From Histomonas meleagridis 2922-C6/04-290x (Eukaryota > Protista > Parabasalia): a DNA stretch of 64,000 bases. The stretch is from the NCBI GenBank assembly GCA_020184695.1, contig JAANOX010000096.1, positions 62,001 to 126,000 on the forward strand, in the 5' to 3' direction. Below are positions 54,508 to 64,000 of this stretch, piece by piece (position 1 is the stretch's first letter; each line of letters opens with the position of its first letter). The position numbers and the translations under genes were made by a program. Under the pieces are notes generated by a model. It had not been told where the DNA came from and did no database searches. It saw only the letters and a list, made by a program, of their open reading frames with translations.

Positions 54508-55361
54508 TGCATCAAAAGCAACAACAATCAGAAATCTCAAAACAAATGGAAAACAATTACAACTCTCAAAAACATAATCTTTGGTTTGGATATAGATAAT
54601 TTTGCTCAATCATCGAATTTTATTATCAATATATTAATAGTAATAATTTTGATATATATTTGAGATTATTACAAGAAATTGAAAAATATGAAGAAAATAA
54701 TAAAATCAACACAAAAATAATAAATTTATTTTCTCAATTTCTACTTAAAGAAAACACACAAGAATCATTTTATTTACTTGATCATGTAATTAAGTATAAT
54801 TTACTTGAATCAAAAATCATTCAAAATATATTTAAACCATTTTTTGTTCATATTAATCAAGATAAATCAGATAAATATGAATCTTTATTTGATCAAGAAA
54901 ATATTTCTTATGACGAACTTTCAAAGAATGATTTTGAACTTCATAAGCAATCAATTAAAGAAGTACATAATCCAAAAGAAATTGTAAAAATAATTCGAAA
55001 TGATGAAATAGAAAAACTTCAAGAAATATCATCACAAAATGAATTCGATTTTAATCAAATAATTCCAAAATCACTTTATGAAAGATGCTCATTTATAAAT
55101 GAAGAAAATGTTACATTAATTGATTATGCAGCATTTTTTTCTTCTGTTAAATGTTTTAAATATTTACTTATGAATGGCTCTAAAGTAAATAATACAGGTA
55201 AATATGCAATTGCAGGTGGAAATCTTGAAATTATTCATCTATGTGAACAGAATCATTCATCATTTAAAGATGCATATGAAGCAGCAATTATATTCCATCG
55301 AAATAAAATTTTTCAATATCTTTATGAAAATAAAATTAAACATACTTCTCCATCTCTATGA
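54508..55361 (+). pseudogene. Truncated/frameshifted DUF3447-like paralogue lacking an ankyrin array
   Basis: ORF 54660..55361 is highly similar to loci A and C (LIDYAAFFSSVKCFKYLLMNG, AIIFHRNKIF), has no ATG start, a broken 5' region, and ends before the ankyrin region. Confidence 0.6.
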
Positions 55362-56013
55362 ATACTTTTGGTACAACCTTGAAACCTTAGACAAACTATT
55401 ATCATTACGCAGAATAACATATAATTTTTTAAAAATTTCTCTCGATATCGAATTGGTTGAAAGCATTAATAAATTCGAATTAGATACAGAAAGCACATGA
55501 GTAATGAATTGTGACTAAAATTGTTCCACTTTGTATCTATAAAATTTATCAATAGTTTCCAACCATTTACACAATATTTGAATGAACACATAATATTTTA
55601 ACTTTTTATTTCATTTTCTAAAATAAAATAATTATTCGAGTTTTTGTTTTTTCAAAGCTTTATTTAAAAGTGAAAATTCCCATCACTTCAAACCGTTCAT
55701 GAAAACATAGAATAAGATGGTTATATATAAATATTTAAACCTATGTGCAGATTGGTTAAGTTCATATGAATCTAAAATATGTTACAATAAGAAACCAATA
55801 CAACATTCATACACATACAAAGCAGATGGATTTTTCTATTTTTCCAAATTTAAAATGATATGAATTTTTTTTTCATTTAAATATTTTTACTATAAAATCC
55901 ACAAAAGAGCAAATACGTAAACTTAACATTGTTCATGTGTGAACTAAAATGAAAAAATTAACTCCACGCCAGAAACAAATATTTCCCGTGAACCAGAGAG
56001 CTAAAAAAATAAT

Positions 56014-56541
56014 TTAATATGTTGTGCATATTTTTTTTGGTTTTTCATCTTTAGGAGATCTCATCATTCTGATTAAAGTAGAAAACATTACATAGATATT
56101 TATGTTTTCCTTAGCAGAAGTTTCAAAGAAGTTTGCCCCAAATTTTTTTGCAAGTATTTTACCTTGAAATTGAGATATTATCCTTTGATCTTCGAGATCA
56201 CACTTGTTTCCACATATAACAAGTGGTATTTGATTTCCTCTTTCTTTAACAATATCTGTACATAGACGTTCTGCATTTTCGAACGAATAGGGAAAATCTA
56301 TCGAGTACATTACGATAAAACCATTAGCTTCCGAAAACATCTTTTTCCTGAACTCAAAATAATCATCGCTTCTATCACCAAAATAAAAGAAAAGTTTCGT
56401 ATTTACATTATCAACCAATAAAGTATGCTCATATATATAATCATCAATTGTAGGATCAAAAACATCATATTTAAGTTTTCTTAGGATTGATCTTGCGCCA
56501 GATACACTTTGTCCACGAATGACAACTAGATATTCCTCCAT
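56014..56541 (-). CDS. Atypical Ras-like small GTPase
   Basis: DPTIDD effector loop, GNKCD, ETSAK and a CTTY CaaX-like end are present; P-loop and DxxG are degenerate. Confidence 0.8.
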   Translation of the reverse strand: MEEYLVVIRGQSVSGARSILRKLKYDVFDPTIDDYIYEHTLLVDNVNTKLFFYFGDRSDDYFEFRKKMFSEANGFIVMYSIDFPYSFENAERLCTDIVKERGNQIPLVICGNKCDLEDQRIISQFQGKILAKKFGANFFETSAKENINIYVMFSTLIRMMRSPKDEKPKKICTTY

Positions 56542-57681
56542 GCTGTGTCAGTCATAACGGTTTTTTAAGTTCTGTTTCTATCGAAAAAAATGGCTTTTTG
56601 AATACTTTTGATCGGTAAATGAGCTTTAACAAACACAAATATCTTGGACAAAAATCGGAGTTCAAAAGTAAAACATTGATCTTTGAAATTTAATATTATA
56701 TATAAAATTTAAACAAATTTGAGGAAATATTTAAAATATCTTGAAATTAATTTGATACTCATATTGGAAAACATCATCTACATAACTACAACACAATGGC
56801 TAACCTAATACCCTCGCTTAGTATTGGTATATAAATATATATATATATATAAATATCGCATTATTTAATTTCTTTGGTTTTTTCCTTATTATTACATTCA
56901 CTTATGAAACATGACGAAAGGCATTTCATATAGTTTTGCTCAAATGCTCAAAAAAATTCAAGAAATTATTCATTTTTTTTTCTGATTATTTAATGCCTTC
57001 CATCATCAAAGTTAATGCTAAAATCTCATGAGAAGAATTTGTTACCCAAAAAAATATCTGGAAATTAATTTAATGCTCATTTTGATAAAAATCGACTACA
57101 TCAATAAACCACAATGAAGAGTGGTATGTATATATTTTTTGTATTCGAATTAAAAAAAAACATATAGAGAAATGAAAAAACCATGTAAAGCTCAGTCAGA
57201 AGGGCTCATTAGCTAATCAAATGTAGATAACATTTACTGAATTTTATTATGGGATCAACTTTGATTTTAAGGAGTTTTTCAAAATTAATCAAGATTATAA
57301 AAATGGATAATTTTTGAATTTAAAACCCAATGTTTATTATTGATTTATTCTATAAATTAACATCGAAGTCTCTTGTGATTTTCCTGTATTCACATTTATA
57401 ATTTTGTATACATTACAAAATAAACCATTCAATAAATATCAATTTCATACCATTATTAGATATTATATTATTATAAAAATATTATAAGATACAGCATGAA
57501 CAAATTCAATCAATATAGAAACATTATCTTAAGTGAAAAAAGCTTAAAGAGCGTTGATGCCTTTTATCAATTATTCTTTTTACTAAATAAATTCAAGTGT
57601 GCAAGAAAGACAAAAAATAATATTTGGTAAACGTTTACCTCTTTCTTAACAAAGCTTGTCAATTTCCTTAAACAAGAAGAA

Positions 57682-59133
57682 ATGTCTATGACAGCAGACG
57701 AAGTAAACTTTCTTATTAGACGTTATCTTCAAGAGTCAGGCTACCAACACACTGCTTTTATGTTTGGTAGTGAAGCCATGTTAGATCAAACAAATTTTAG
57801 TAATATTGATCTCCCACCACAAGCTCTTATCACCATTCTCAAGAAAGGTATGTTATACATGCAACTTGAGAAAGGCATTAATGAACGTGCACGTACCGAA
57901 GATTCACCTGAAAACATCATAATTTCAATAATAGATGCAATCAAAAATAAAGAGCCCATACGTCCACCTTCACGTCAAGCGCCCAAATCCCGTCAATCCA
58001 GTCAACAATCCCAGCATTCGGCGCCTCAAACACAAACTCTTGAAATCAAGCCCAGCTCCATAATATCACTTCGCGGGCATTATGGCGAAGTATTTTGTGG
58101 TTCCTGGAGTCCGGATGGCCAATACTTTGCCTCAGGCTCATCTGATGCCACAGCCATTATCTGGGAGTTTCAAAATAATCATTATCAATCACACACAGTA
58201 TTAGATCATGCCTCTCAACAAAGCCGTTCAGACAAAGACATCGCTGCGCTTTGCTGGAACTCCACCGGTACGCTTTTAGCCACCGGTTGTTTCGATGGTA
58301 CATCTCGCATCTGGACCAACCATGGCGAACTTAAGTTTGTTCTTCAGCGCCACACGGACTCCATCTTCACAGTGCAATTCTCACCCAACGACGAGTATCT
58401 AGCGACGGGTTCTAGCGATACGAAAGTCATCATATGGCAAGTCAGCAGCGGGGAAATTGTCCAAACGTTTACACATCACACGTCGCGTGTCACTGACATC
58501 TCGTGGCTCGACAACAAAACGTTTGCGACTTCCTCGAGCGACTTAAAAATCTGCGTCTGTAACATTGGGAACCAAAAGCCGATTTTCACATTGCAAGGAC
58601 ACACTAACGACATCAATAAAATATGCTGGGACCCTACGAAGCGTTTGTTAGCTTCGTGTTCCGATGATACCACGATACGTATTTGGCGGCCGTATGATCG
58701 AATGATGCCAATACTTTTGCAAGGGCATACTGATCATGTATATTCTATCTGTTGGTTACCTAATAATAATAATTTTAATAGTAATAATGGAGGTAATAAT
58801 AATCGAATTATTGCTTCCGCTTCTTTTGATTTTACAATTAGGATTTGGGATATACAAAACCATTCGTGTGTAATGTGCTTGAATAGACATAAGGCGGCTG
58901 TTTATACTTTGTCGTTTTCACCAAATGGTAAATATTTGGTGTCTGGTGGATCTGATAGCAAATTGTGCTTCTGGAGAATGAACGACGGGAATTTGGTCGC
59001 TGAATGTACAATGAGCGGTGGTGTCTTCGAGGCGCAATGGAATAATAGTGGAAATTGCGTGGCTGCTTGTCTGTCCGATGCAACCGTGGCGATAATTCCA
59101 GATGATGTTATTAAGGAATTGGATAAAAAATAA
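57682..59133 (+). CDS. TBL1/TBL1XR1 (ebi)-like LisH + WD40 protein
   Basis: MTADEVNFLIRRYLQESGYQHTAFMF LisH, PPQALITILKKGMLY, and about 8 WD40 repeats. Confidence 0.9.
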   Translation: MSMTADEVNFLIRRYLQESGYQHTAFMFGSEAMLDQTNFSNIDLPPQALITILKKGMLYMQLEKGINERARTEDSPENIIISIIDAIKNKEPIRPPSRQAPKSRQSSQQSQHSAPQTQTLEIKPSSIISLRGHYGEVFCGSWSPDGQYFASGSSDATAIIWEFQNNHYQSHTVLDHASQQSRSDKDIAALCWNSTGTLLATGCFDGTSRIWTNHGELKFVLQRHTDSIFTVQFSPNDEYLATGSSDTKVIIWQVSSGEIVQTFTHHTSRVTDISWLDNKTFATSSSDLKICVCNIGNQKPIFTLQGHTNDINKICWDPTKRLLASCSDDTTIRIWRPYDRMMPILLQGHTDHVYSICWLPNNNNFNSNNGGNNNRIIASASFDFTIRIWDIQNHSCVMCLNRHKAAVYTLSFSPNGKYLVSGGSDSKLCFWRMNDGNLVAECTMSGGVFEAQWNNSGNCVAACLSDATVAIIPDDVIKELDKK

Positions 59134-59619
59134 AATATTTGTATGTTAAGAAATCTAAAAAATGTATTGTTTTGGAAAGGATTGAAATTCATTAAATGTT
59201 TATGATGAAATTTTATTGTAATCAGAAGTGTTATAATCGAATACAGGATAATTATAAAGGAAGAACTTTAACATATAATTTTATTTTATGTATTTGTTAT
59301 TAACTGAATGATTTAAAGATAAGAAAAAGATATTTGTATATGAATCAAAATTTCCTTATATTCATGTTGTTATAAAAACAGTTTATGAACTATTATTTTT
59401 ATGTTTGTAGAAGATCTTTAACAAATTTCATCATGATCAAATGTATAATATTAGAATCAATAGGATACAATTTTATACCTAAATCGGATCTATTTTCGAA
59501 TCTTTCTTTCATTCTTTATATAAATCCTTTGAACAAACAATAGTAAAAAATTTTAGAAAATGATTTCATTTTATTGAAAAAAACAATTATATAACAATAA
59601 CATTTATTCGATTTATTTT

Positions 59620-60666
59620 TCATTCGGCGTCTATATCAAACTTATGTAAAATGGACAGTAACTTTCTATTGAATTCAGGTGATTCTTTTGGTTTAACTTT
59701 TTTCATTTTTTTCATTTCGATTTCGATTTTCTTTTTTTCTTTTTCCTCTTTTTCTTTTTTCCTTTTGCTCACTAATTCCTTTGCGTTTTCCCGTAACTTT
59801 GGGTCCGATTGAAACTTAGGATGGAACGTGAACACTTCTTCGTTCGTATTATTTTTAGGTTTTGCGCGTGGTTTGTTTCCGATTTCTTTTAATATTTGTT
59901 TACTTCGCTTCGACACGTACGATTTGATGACAAATATTTTCTCTGTTTTAGGAGGAGGTGGTGTTAATGCCTTTGTGTAATTACTTTTTTCTTGGCGCGC
60001 AAGAAATTCGTTGTATTCTTGCGAATGAATTTTTTTGGTTTCGTTCGACGAAATCAAATTATCAAATGAGCGATTTTTGTATGCAGGTACACTAGACTCG
60101 ATATAATGAACAAGTTCATTGTTGTTTCGTGGAGGAGTCGTAGTTAACATTTCTTTTTTGGTATCTGTTGCTGTTTTGGATTTGTGAATTTGTTGATGTG
60201 GTTCGTCATTTTTGGTTGTGTCATCTTGATTCGTTGTAACTAAGTTGTCAAATGAATGTTCTTGATATTTTGGAATATTTGTTTCGATAAATTGAACAAG
60301 TTCATTACTATTTGATGAAGCAGACGATGATAAAGAATTTTGTTTTTCAAATACCTCAGAACCACCAGATATTTGGAGTTTTGTTTTTGGTTTAGAAGGA
60401 GTTTCTTTTTGTTCATTATTTTTATTAGATGGAACTAAATTATCTAATGAATGGTCTTGATATGTTGGAACACTTTCTTCAATAAATTGAGCAAGTTCAC
60501 TACTATTTGAAGATGAAAACTCTTGATCTTCGTTTAATTCATAATCTCCTGAAATCTGTAGTTTAACTTTTTTCTTTGGAATGTCTGAATATGCCTCTTC
60601 TTCTTCGTCGTCAAATGAAAGTGAAATTGCTTCACTAACATCATCCAGACTTTCTTTAGATGACAT
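59620..60666 (-). CDS. Hypothetical low-complexity protein with three internal ~25-aa repeats
   Basis: ELAQFIEESVPTYQDHSLDNLV / ELVQFIETNIPKYQEHSFDNLV / ELVHYIESSVPAYKNRSFDNLI; lysine-rich C-terminus. Confidence 0.7.
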   Translation of the reverse strand: MSSKESLDDVSEAISLSFDDEEEEAYSDIPKKKVKLQISGDYELNEDQEFSSSNSSELAQFIEESVPTYQDHSLDNLVPSNKNNEQKETPSKPKTKLQISGGSEVFEKQNSLSSSASSNSNELVQFIETNIPKYQEHSFDNLVTTNQDDTTKNDEPHQQIHKSKTATDTKKEMLTTTPPRNNNELVHYIESSVPAYKNRSFDNLISSNETKKIHSQEYNEFLARQEKSNYTKALTPPPPKTEKIFVIKSYVSKRSKQILKEIGNKPRAKPKNNTNEEVFTFHPKFQSDPKLRENAKELVSKRKKEKEEKEKKKIEIEMKKMKKVKPKESPEFNRKLLSILHKFDIDAE

Positions 60667-60765
60667 TATTTTCCGCTAAACGGCGGATTGGCAAAAAAGA
60701 AACAGTTCAAAAAATATGACATATTTACTTTTATTCAAATCTAAATTTAGTTCAGATCAAAAATT

Positions 60766-61806
60766 TCATTTTGAAGGGCTATCTGCAAGCGTTGTTTGGA
60801 TTGCGGCGACTTGTTTCTCCAATTTCTTTGTTGCAGTCTCCAATGTATTTAATGCCTTGAAGTTACATTCGAGAATTTTTGTAATTGATGACAATGAATT
60901 CTTATCAATTGACATGTGGTTAACATTTCTACTCTGATTTGCTCTTTTGGCTTTGTTTTTAAGGTCTTCTATCTTTGATTTCAATCTTGGTTCATCCATC
61001 TGTCTTTTTTTGAGTAACTGATTCATCTCTTCTTCAGTTTGGTTTAACTCTGGATATTGGTGGAGAACGTCCTCCATCTCAACAACTTCCATCAAGAGCT
61101 GGTTGATAGTATTTGAGTTCTGTCGAAGTTTTTCAAATGATCCTTGTAATTCTGTTGAGTAAAAAGAAGACATTTCTCGAAGTTTTGTTTGGACAAGCTT
61201 CATCCTTTCTGTAAGGGCATCACCAATTGCTTTTTGAGTTTCGTATCGATTGTGTAATTCTGTAAACCCATATACTGGATGTGGCGCTAAATGTTCTGGA
61301 TCAGGAGCTTCACGGCAGATGTTGGTCCAATCTTGCTGCATGATATTTTCTGGACATGTGGGATAATTTTGACCTGCTTTGTTATAGAATATAAAACAAA
61401 ATTTGTAAGAAGGAGAATCCTTAGTATATGAATTAAGTAATTTCCAGATGCGCTTGAAGAGATCATCGTCTTGAATTACTGATGCATTTTGGGTTTTGGT
61501 TTGTGTGCCAGTAAAACTACCCCAACTAGTTTTTTGTTGTGAACCAAACGCTCCTTTGTTTGTACCAAATCCACCTGTATTACTTGTACCAAATCCACCT
61601 ATATTACTTGTACCAAATCCACCTGTATTACTTGTACCAAATCCACCTGTATTACTTGTACCAAATGCACCTGTACTACTTGTACCAAATCCACCTGTAT
61701 TACTTGTACCAAACCCACCTGTATTACTTGTACCAAATCCACCTGTATTACTTGTACCAAATCCACCTGTATTACTTGTACCAAATCCACTTGTGCTACC
61801 AAACAT
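60766..61806 (-). CDS. NUP54: FG-repeat nucleoporin Nup54/Nup57-like
   Basis: GFGTSNTG repeats, then PENIMQQDW..APDPEHLAPHPVYGFTELHNRYETQ (Nup54 motif) and a coiled coil. Confidence 0.8.
   Translation of the reverse strand: MFGSTSGFGTSNTGGFGTSNTGGFGTSNTGGFGTSNTGGFGTSSTGAFGTSNTGGFGTSNTGGFGTSNIGGFGTSNTGGFGTNKGAFGSQQKTSWGSFTGTQTKTQNASVIQDDDLFKRIWKLLNSYTKDSPSYKFCFIFYNKAGQNYPTCPENIMQQDWTNICREAPDPEHLAPHPVYGFTELHNRYETQKAIGDALTERMKLVQTKLREMSSFYSTELQGSFEKLRQNSNTINQLLMEVVEMEDVLHQYPELNQTEEEMNQLLKKRQMDEPRLKSKIEDLKNKAKRANQSRNVNHMSIDKNSLSSITKILECNFKALNTLETATKKLEKQVAAIQTTLADSPSK
61560..61803. repeat. 24-nt coding tandem repeat (~10 copies) encoding GGFGTSNT
   Basis: ttgtaccaaatccacctgtattac unit repeated. 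Confidence 0.95.
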
Positions 61807-61975
61807 TGTTTATTGGAGGGCTTCCTGTTTCTTAAGAATTTTTTTCAATGTATACCTGGTCAAATCATCTCGAGTTTTTTTTGAGTTTTGAGTGATGTTC
61901 ACAAAAAGTTTATTCTGATACAAAAGTTTATTCTGACAAAAAAATTTGAAAGGCAACAGTTATCGTTAACAAACG

Positions 61976-62770
61976 ATGGTGATAAGCGCCAGAAGAAAGG
62001 TTCAGGAAAAACATTTCTTCCTTCAAGGGAAGCAAATATTTCCGGGTGGCCATGCAGAAGCAACTGGTAAACGTCCAACAATGGAAGATGCAGCAACAAT
62101 TATTGGAGAATTTTCTGGACCAAACACTCAATTTTATGGCGTTTTTGATGGACACGGAAGTGCAGAGCCATCACGTTTTGCTGCACAAAAACTCCCCTCA
62201 TTAATTTCTGATAAGTTATCAAAGAACATCGACATTAAAGAATCCATCGTAAGTTCAATTAAAGAACTCAACGAAACTGCTGTTGAAAAATGGCGAACCA
62301 GTGGTACTACAGTTGCTATAGTTATCATCATGAATAATAAATTATATACAGCCAATGTTGGCGACACGAGAATCATCTTAGTTCAAAACGGTATTGCCAA
62401 ACGACTCTCTCAAGATCATAAAATCTCTGATCCTAATGAACAAAAATCTGTATGTGATCGAGGTGGAGTCATTTTCCAAGATCGAGTGAATGGAATCCTT
62501 GCCTTAAGCCGTGCAGTTGGAGATGGCAACATTGCAGACTGTATTTCTTGCGAACCTTTCATTAACGAATCTGATTTTGACGATAACTGTAGTTTGATCA
62601 TTGCATGTGATGGCGTTTGGGACGTAATGGAGGACCAAGAAGCAGCCGAGATCCTTTGCAGTGCTTCTGATGCAGCAGCGGCGGCTCGAGCAATCAAGGA
62701 AAAAGCAATTCAAAAAGGTACACAAGATAATGTAACTGTAATCTGCGTTACTCTCAAGCCAAAAGAATAA
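61976..62770 (+). CDS. Protein phosphatase 2C (PPM family)
   Basis: RPTMEDA, GVFDGHG, ANVGD, LALSRAVGD, IIACDGVWD, QDNVT motifs. Confidence 0.95.
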   Translation: MVISARRKVQEKHFFLQGKQIFPGGHAEATGKRPTMEDAATIIGEFSGPNTQFYGVFDGHGSAEPSRFAAQKLPSLISDKLSKNIDIKESIVSSIKELNETAVEKWRTSGTTVAIVIIMNNKLYTANVGDTRIILVQNGIAKRLSQDHKISDPNEQKSVCDRGGVIFQDRVNGILALSRAVGDGNIADCISCEPFINESDFDDNCSLIIACDGVWDVMEDQEAAEILCSASDAAAAARAIKEKAIQKGTQDNVTVICVTLKPKE

Positions 62771-63365
62771 AATACCATTATATTGGTTAAGCTTTTATTT
62801 ACTACAACACCAAAATGAACCTTTTACGAAATAGGTTCAACTAAGTAATTATTATTGAGATGGCGTAGAAGTTTATGTGTTATACCTTCAAAACAATCAG
62901 AGCTAAGATGTAATGGACTGATGTTATAGTAGCTGATTTAAATCATCAATTGGTGGAAATTAAATGGTACAAATCTTCTTTTTAGCTTGATAAAGTTGTA
63001 TATTTGTTGAATGAATATACGATTAATTTGAATGTTTAACATGGCAAAATGCTTTGTTTATTTGTCATTACTATTGCAACTTAAAGGTTGCAATGATTTG
63101 GAAGAAATACATTTCCATAAAAATCATTGAAATAAAAAATTATTATTCTTAAAAGAAAACGAATCCCATGAAAACAAAAAGAAATTAAGCAAATGTTTGG
63201 AAACCAAATAAGAATTTTATTATCTAAATGAGTAATTCTTTTTTTCCAAAGTTGAAAAAGACAGTTTTTATCACTTCATCTCACAACCGTCACATTGTGC
63301 ATCGTTCCTGACAATTTTGATTCAATTTCCCATTGTTCAACAACCGTTGACTGCCAACCGACATT

Positions 63366-64000
63366 ATGAAAGCCAGCCTCTTCATTCTGTCACTCGTGAT
63401 GACATTAACATCCAGTGCAGGCGTCCTGACACCCGAGATCCTTTGGTCAATGGGTCGTCTTGGAGATGTAGCAGTTTCACCCGATAATACAAAAATTGCA
63501 TATGCTATTAGTAATTATAGCGTCGCAGAGAACAGTGGTCGTAGCTCTATCTACGTTATGAATGCTGATGGTACAGGTAATGTACAAATTACTGATGGAA
63601 CATATTCAGAAAGCACACCTAGATGGATTAAACAAGGAACTAAGATTGCCTATCTTTCCAGCGAAAGTGGTCAATCACAAGTATGGGAAATGAATCCAGA
63701 TGGTACAGAACGTAAGCAACTTTCTCATCATGAAGGAGATATTGAAGGATATGCTTTTTCACCAGACGGCACCAAACTTCTTTACATCTCTCAAGTTAAG
63801 ACAGTTCAAACCACCGTTGATAAATATCCAGATCTTCCTTTATCCAGTGGAAGAATTATCACAGATCTTGCGTATAAGCATTGGGATGAATGGGTTACCA
63901 CAGCTCCACATCCATTCATTGGTGATTTTGATGGCAACACCGTCACCAATGTTATTGATATAATGGAAGGTGAACCTTATGAAAGTCCAAACAAGCCATG
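63366..64000 (+). CDS. 5' part of a secreted S9-family peptidase (DPP5/acylaminoacyl-peptidase-like), Bacteroidetes-type; runs off the window end; absent from the ORF track
   Basis: Manual translation: MKASLFILSLVMTLTSSAGVLTPEILWSMGRLGDVAVSPDNTKIAY...FSPDGTKLLY...DLAYKHWDEW..PHPF...EGEPYESP, i.e. signal peptide plus PD40-like propeller of S9 peptidases. Confidence 0.8.
   Translation, partial: MKASLFILSLVMTLTSSAGVLTPEILWSMGRLGDVAVSPDNTKIAYAISNYSVAENSGRSSIYVMNADGTGNVQITDGTYSESTPRWIKQGTKIAYLSSESGQSQVWEMNPDGTERKQLSHHEGDIEGYAFSPDGTKLLYISQVKTVQTTVDKYPDLPLSSGRIITDLAYKHWDEWVTTAPHPFIGDFDGNTVTNVIDIMEGEPYESPNKP

Noticed and set aside
437-63963. Numerous short antisense or alternate-frame ORFs (e.g. 437..766, 32153..32614, 43294..43863, 61496..61891, 63700..63963)
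   Set aside because: Shadows of real genes on the opposite strand or frame, with no independent motifs.
1-64000. rRNA, tRNA or intact transposase genes
   Set aside because: None recognised by eye; a tRNAscan-SE, Infernal or repeat-library search would be needed to exclude them.

Overview
AT-rich, gene-dense eukaryotic DNA with almost no canonical introns. Gene families (BEACH, CAMK, Rab/Ras, DUF3447-like/ankyrin, TM cyclase), short divergent intergenics and Inr-like TCA(T/C)T motifs suggest a parabasalid (trichomonad, probably Tritrichomonas-like); this is inference. About 25 conventional genes are present, including a RING E3, two BEACH proteins, CYFIP/Sra1, Rpn9, a TBL1-like WD40 protein, Nup54, PP2C, cyclophilin, GT47, GH47-like and two bacterial-looking genes. 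Main discovery: at four loci (10.3-10.8, 21.6-24.6, 28.0-29.2, 51.4-53.5 kb) ankyrin-repeat genes look broken by stops and frameshifts. In each repeat the loop codons D-x-x-G-x-T are separated by AT-rich 17-nt inserts (typically A(T/A)TT...ATTT, no GT-AG), leaving single 3-nt 'micro-exons' on a 20-nt lattice. Deleting these ~92 inserts by hand restores textbook ankyrin repeats (e.g. KD-K-Y-G-Q-T, KD-N-S-G-K-TAL) and, at three loci, continuous ORFs. This points to an uncharacterised removal or recoding process (non-canonical micro-introns, RNA editing, ribosomal bypass or DNA elimination). The mechanism cannot be determined from DNA alone.
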